A DNA stretch of 64,000 nucleotides from Amoebidium appalachense (Eukaryota > Protista > Ichthyosporea). The notes under the pieces were generated by a model, which was not told where the DNA came from, made no database searches, and saw nothing but the letters and a program-made list of their open reading frames with translations. The number at the start of each line of letters is the position of its first letter. Within the stretch, counting starts at the first letter, position 1. The position numbers were made by a program, and so were the translations under genes. The stretch covers positions 10,162,328-10,226,327 of the forward strand of contig CAVNZM010000002.1 in assembly GCA_963693365.1 (NCBI GenBank). The letters are read 5' to 3'. This document shows positions 52,198 to 64,000 of this stretch, in pieces.

Positions 52198-53284
52198 GGT
52201 GCTTATATTTATTTTTTTGTAGTTTGGGTGTGTGCTAAGGTATTTTTTTGGCGCCAGCTGACGCAACTGTACCTCCGGGACAAACAAGCCGAGTAAACAA
52301 AGAAAAGACCACCCTTTATAGCTGCTTTTTCCAGAGAATTTTCTAGCCCCGTGAGCAGTGACGGTATCCGACGGGCCACTGCAAGGGTGAATGGTTCGAT
52401 TCGCATTCCCGGCCTCCCGAGTCCCCTGAGGAGCTTTCTCACAGCACAAACTTTTAGCAATGGAATGCAATATCATGCATCAAACGTCTATCAACTGGAC
52501 CATCAGAACAAAAAGAAATACATACATATGGTATGAAAAACGACATCAATGTTGATTGCTCGATGCTACACCCAGCCGGCTGTATACAGTGACGACCTCC
52601 CTAGGCCTGCTGACCCGATTCGACAGCAGGGCGTCGGCTGGCTATCCATTCAATAAATCAATGCCATTGTTCAACGGTTCAATTTTGGCCTATTCGAATT
52701 ATCATTCGCCAGTGATATGCACGGATAAGCTCATCCATACAGAATTTGTTACACGCAAAATTATTCAAAGATGCTTAACTTGTTAAGAATACGAATTTTT
52801 TATTATAAAACATGCTAAAACTTGAACACAGTGCCATATGGCAACTAGAGTCCGTCACGGTACCGGCCTTGCTTTGCCAATGTGACAATGGAATGCAATA
52901 TGACATAATTCATTTGGGATAAAGTTCTTACCTATTATGGCAAAAAAAGCAACTCAAAAACAGATGATTGGTTCACTAAATTAGTAAAATCTTCGAACCC
53001 GGGCCCGGCCTCAGGGCCGACTTCGTTCATGATCATAACTTCAGGTTGACTGTAAAGCCTTGTGCTTAATATTTTCAATCTACCCTGCGCTCATGTACAA
53101 AGCTCCATGCAAAAGATGCTGGAATCATATCCGTAAAATCACTGTGAAACAAAACCATTTGGATCACTGAGCAGTCTGAGATGCATACACATGTGTAAAC
53201 AGCTGGGCCGCTGATCGGCCGCCGTGACGTGCGCATGCCGCCGCGGAGTCGAGGCGGGCCGTCGTGAAGACCAATGCCAGCAAT

Positions 53285-53490
53285 CGGAACGGAACGCTTC
53301 TGTACTTCTGATGGGCTGATGGGCAATAGGAACGCTTCCGTAATTTTGCTGTTGGGCAAAGGAACGCTTCCTTAATTCTTTTTTAATTTTTTAACCAACC
53401 ATCTGCTGTGTGTTTAAATTTGTGTGCGCAATCAGAACCTTTGTCTTCGGACTGTCGGATATGATTGGCTGTTTTGTGTTTTGGCGCTCA
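53285..53490 (+). promoter_or_regulatory. Motif-rich intergenic region between divergent genes
   Basis: Three GGAACGCTTC copies (~53291, 53329, 53361), TTTAAA (CHR-like) at 53413, ATTGG (CCAAT) at 53464 and an E2F-consensus TTTGGCGC at 53480-53487. Confidence 0.35.
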
Positions 53491-54664
53491 AGTCTCTGCG
53501 TCCGTTTTCCAGGAAATTTAGCCTCCGAATAGCGGACAACGAAACGCTCCCTGCGGCCTCTCTAGAGACATACTATGTGACTGTGTATAATTCCTTGTAC
53601 GCAGTTGCAGCGCTGAGTATATCCCGGCCTATTGCGTAAGCTAGCGGGTACACTGCCCAGGAGACTAAGGAAAGACGGCTACAGCGCAAACCCCGGGCAG
53701 CCCATAAGCGAAACGAAAACAGAGGTGACTCGGGTAACCGGGCTTCAACCAAGCACACCCAAACATACGTCTTTAGACCCGTATGATTCATAAGTTTTGA
53801 ACGGGTAAAACCGCCATCGCTGGCCGTTCAGGTGAGGTCAGGCACAGCTAGGCAATAGTTTCATTCCTGCAAAACAATGTGAAAGCGTAGATGGTGTTAA
53901 CGTTACAGTTTGTGCATCAAGAAGTGGAATGAGCACCCTGTTTCTTCTTTTGAACGCCTGAGAAAATAAGCAAAGGCACATAAATAATATTCTACTTTCC
54001 CAACCGTGAAAGTCTATAGGCCAGAGGGGCCACGGTCACGAGTTTGCCAAGTGAAAATCTTTGCATTGTAGAGGTCAGGCTTGAGTGCAGACATCTTGCG
54101 TGCCGGACGCATCCTACCGTTGTCTTTTGAATCAGGTCAAGTAAGAGTACAAAAGTATGGGAGGCTTGTTTTCTTTAAAGGGGGCTCGGTTAGGTGCTGT
54201 TTTGCTTTCGAGTAGCCTTCTGATCCCCCCCCCCCCCCCCCCCCCTCTCCCCCACCCGCCTGCCCCCACAAAAAAAAGAAAAAAAGAAAGAAAGGAAGAA
54301 AAAAACACCTCCCACTCCCCACTCCTTTCCCCCTCATCCCTCCCCCCCCCCCCCCCCTCCCCCCCCCTCCCCCGGCGGCCTTTCCATTCCTATCCCCTTG
54401 AACCCAGCAACCATGTCCCGTCGTCTTCCCCTTGCCCCTCCCCTGCTCCCCAAGCACGTACACCTGCATAAGCCGCACACCCAGTGCAAACATACACGAC
54501 TCTGTGCCCATACATCATGCTAGCCCTGCAACCCCTGTCCTGACTTGCACACATGCCTGTTTTTAACTATATAATGGCCCCTTTCTTCCTTTTCTCCCTT
54601 CCCCACAAATAGGTATTCTAACTCTTTCAAATGCTGCTTCCAGGTTCGGAAGGACAAAGGGAAC

Positions 54665-60673
<6,009 letters not shown>

Positions 60674-61023
60674 GTAGGCAATTCCCCATTCCTTGCTTCA
60701 TTTTTCCTAGCAGGGCCCCCCTCCCATACACCAGTCGGTCATAATGTACACAGCACGGCAACGCTTTCAGCCACACACGCGTGCACACATGCATTCGTGT
60801 GCACATACACACACTCACACACTCACTCACTCAACCCACTTCACACTCACTCACCTGCTCACACACTGACGCTTGCAAACGCGCACACGCACAGTGTACA
60901 CACACATACACACAGTCACACAGTCAGTCACTCATGGATGTATGTGCGCGCAGACATGCACACAGGGGGGGGGGGGGGGGGGGGGGGGGGGAAATCATCT
61001 GCAACCCACAGATTTACGATTCC

Positions 61024-61069
<46 letters not shown>

Positions 61070-61222
61070 CCAACCGGAACACACTTTACACTGAGTAGAT
61101 GGATAGCTCCATTCCCCTCGAGAGCGAGAGAAAGCCGAAGAGGGAAAGAGAGAGAGAGAGAGGTGGAGAAAGAGAGAGTCGAGGGGAGAGAGAGAGAGAA
61201 AGAGGGGGGAAGGGGGGGGGGG

Positions 61223-61263
<41 letters not shown>

Positions 61264-61320
61264 TACACAGAGACTAACATTAGGATACGATATCCCCCTT
61301 TCCCCTGCATCCTCCTCCTC

Positions 61321-61365
<45 letters not shown>

Positions 61366-61481
61366 ATCCCCCCTTCCTTCCCCCCTGCCTCCCCTTGCCT
61401 GCCCACCCGTCCCCGGTGCCCTGGGTCTCAAAAGAAAAAAAACCCAATTCTAATACTGCAAGTATAACCCCACGAAAGATA

Positions 61482-61552
<71 letters not shown>

Positions 61553-62236
61553 AAAACACCACCACCACCAAAACACACAAAAACACACACAAAGAAAGAA
61601 GAAGGAAAGGAAGCAGGAGAAGGATATATATAAGCCGAAAGAAACGAAAAAAGAAAAGGAAAAGAAAACAGAAAGAAAGAAAGGAGAGGGAAAGAAGAAG
61701 AGCAAGAAGAAGAAGCAGAAGAAGGAAAAAGAAAAGAAAACGGAAGGAATAATAGATAGGAAATAGAATAACGGAAAGTTACGGGAGAAGAGAACAAAAT
61801 ACAATAACGGGAAATAATGTTGAATAGAACTGAAGAAAGAAAGAAAAAAAGCGAAAAACAGAGGAACCGAGGCTGTCCCAATCATGCCCAGTTTATTATT
61901 AGAGGCAGAAACTGATCCCACGTGTTCTGGCTGGCAGGCTTTGGTAAGTGAGGCTCAGACGGAGGAGCAACAGCAAGAGACAGGGGCGGGTGCACAAATC
62001 CTGAAGAGACCACGACTGGATTGAATCTTCCTTGCATGATATATAAATAGTGCTCGCCCGTGCCTTGCTTGGGCGAGCCCAGGGCTGGGCACAGGCTGGG
62101 GGAAAAGGGGGGGGGGTTGTGGTGTAATGCATTATATTGTTAACAAGATGTAGTTATGTGTGCGATATTGGATCATACTTTCTTGTGAATTCGGCGGTCC
62201 GCCGAGGGGAGTGGGAGGGCCCGGGTATAGTACAGG

Positions 62237-62276
<40 letters not shown>

Positions 62277-63264
62277 CGGGACGTGATGAGTCATAAATGT
62301 TAACAAGAGGCAGTTATGTGGTGGTGGTGAGGGGGGAATGAGGGGGAGACTCTCGGGAGAGAGGGGAGGGAGGGGGAGACTCTCGGGAGAGGGGGGGGGG
62401 GGGGGGGGGGGAGGGGATAAGGTCACTAAATTTCACGATACTTCAGGTTTCGAAAAGCGAGCAAGCCCTAATAATTAGCCTCGTATGACGTAGTAGAGTT
62501 ATATTTGTTCAGTCCCGTTTAAAGCCGTATGTAGGTAAGATGTATGTACATAGAAAATGCAACTTGAAAACTAATACATTGCCTAAGCTACTGTGTACAG
62601 GCGTCCTTGATAATTAAACACCATTGAAACAAGTTGAAAGTTTGAACTTGAAACACGCTGATGCTTCCAGAAGCCAGCTTTAGGTCATCCAATCACGTAG
62701 TATCATGTGAGGCGTGTAATTGTAAGTCGTATACCCGGTGGACGCGTCGAGCATGATAAGAATCATCGATTGTTGAAACATATAAGTTTGTGTGGTAGCT
62801 AGGGCCGGGATGCGACCTACTTGCACCATTTAGTATGAGACATCATATAGCTCAAAATCATATTTGTAACGGAGGAAAAACTTGACTGTATCAGGGCCTC
62901 CTATTGTACAGAAGTTACAGAATATGTGCTACATAATGGCATGCGATACGTTTTTTATTATAGCTTCTGTCATCTCCGATGATATACCCCACTCTGCTGG
63001 CGTCATCCCGGCAAAGATTGACTCTCATCATCTTGCAATTTGCCCGACCGTTTCAGTTTTTTTGTCACTGAGAGCTTGTTTGTCACTGAAACATTCGGGC
63101 CCAAGTCTCTTTCCCCACTTTTCATTTACAGAAACAGTGAACTATCTTCAGCTCGAACAACTCGAGAATGACAGGCAGCTTTAATGACGAACTCTCCGGG
63201 GGACCCTCCAAGCTAATTGTGAATGCTCGTCAGCACATGAACCATCGGTTACGGGCTTGCATGA

Positions 63265-64000
63265 GCACCTGGACACCTGGTCACACCTTTCAAACATCAA
63301 TGCACGGAAGGGCTAGAAACCAAAGAGAGATGCGTCCGCTGTCTGCTCGACAAGCACAGACAGAAGATACAAGAGATACGTGTTTTAGTTAGCGATGAAG
63401 AAGATCATCTTGAGTATGATGACCTTTGGCTCCTTCGTTATGTTCTGTCATACGGATCAGTGGAAAAGGCAGCAAACGCAGCCAGGAATGGAATAACGTG
63501 GAGGCGTGAAAACGCAGACTTGGTAAAGAGGGCGCGAATAGGGATTATCCCACCAAACGATGAGTTTATCACCAAGCACCCTACGCCATCAATGCACAAG
63601 CAGGCCAAGGATGGCAGCCTTTTGCACGTAACACGCATGGGTGTGTCGAACCCATTCAAGGTAACAAGCACATGGGCAGATGATGAGATCCTGGATTGGA
63701 TGATGTGGAGGAAGGAACAATGCTATCGCCTGTGCGACACGGCAACACGAAAACAGGTCTTCTGACGAAATCAAGCAACATTCTGGATTTCCGTTTCACG
63801 TCCATCTTCACTGCCAGAGACCCAAACATTGAACGCATCATCTCGCAATCAGGAAAGATCTCGGAGAATCTGTACCCACAGTTGGTGCACCAGAACATAT
63901 TCTATAACCTACACTACTTCTTGAACTTCTTCATAGGCATTCTGCAAAATTTTCTCTCCAGGAAGATGGCAGAAAAGGTCGTGTGTTGCCCCACACACTC
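63265..64000 (+). CDS. CRAL-TRIO/Sec14-like lipid-binding protein, intronless here, partial, with frameshift(s); may be a pseudogene
   Basis: DDLWLLRYVLSYGSVEKAANAARNGITWRRE (CRAL-TRIO N-terminal pattern) and KDGSLLHVTRMG. After a frameshift in the A-run near 63750: NILDF..ENLYPQLVHQNIFYN..ILQNFLSRKMAEKV. The start codon is not in frame, and the gene runs off the window. Confidence 0.72.

Noticed and set aside
51587-52222. 211-aa + strand ORF, and similar antisense ORFs over PDI exon 4
   Set aside because: These are antisense shadows of codon-biased real CDSs.
52198-52476. N-terminal 93-codon extension of the transporter ORF
   Set aside because: It begins at a non-ATG codon in UTR/promoter-like sequence; the ATG at 52197 has a good context (accATGg).
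52990-53030. GGTTCGAA B-box and hairpin suggesting a tRNA or SINE
   Set aside because: No cloverleaf, acceptor stem or A box could be built.
61560-61770. Lys/Glu-rich ORF as last exon of the D-box gene
   Set aside because: Purine-rich low-complexity sequence with no convincing acceptor; it cannot be supported.

Overview
This is eukaryotic nuclear DNA, not prokaryotic. It has GT-AG spliceosomal introns with CTAAC-type branch points. The introns are packed with poly-C/poly-G runs and (CA)n/(GT)n/(GA)n microsatellites, which create most of the long low-complexity ORFs in the track; those are spurious. By manual splicing I can support five complete genes: a 7-exon protein disulfide isomerase (5685-9209, +), a 6-exon GH79 heparanase-like gene (20337-25810, -), an 8-exon NTMT1/Tae1 N-terminal methyltransferase (30651-38883, -), a 10-exon DDX5/DBP2 DEAD-box helicase (42603-48910, +) and an intronless AAAP/SLC38 amino-acid transporter (50773-52197, -). 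Three further genes are partial: an intron-rich gene with four bacterial-type SdrD-B/Cna-B-like repeats (-), a multi-exon D-box/KEN-box coiled-coil protein that is a geminin-like candidate (+), and an intronless CRAL-TRIO gene at the right edge. Mobile elements are a decayed LINE reverse transcriptase and a 1.3-kb non-autonomous hAT element with an 8-bp TSD. Several single-base frameshifts fall in short homopolymers, which points to long-read consensus errors, so homopolymer lengths should be treated cautiously. The organism cannot be fixed from the sequence; an opisthokont protist such as an ichthyosporean is only an inference. The best leads are the geminin-like APC/C substrate, the strand-polarised repeat architecture of the introns, the intronised SdrD-B gene, a candidate poison exon in the conserved DBP2 intron and a candidate micro-exon gene.
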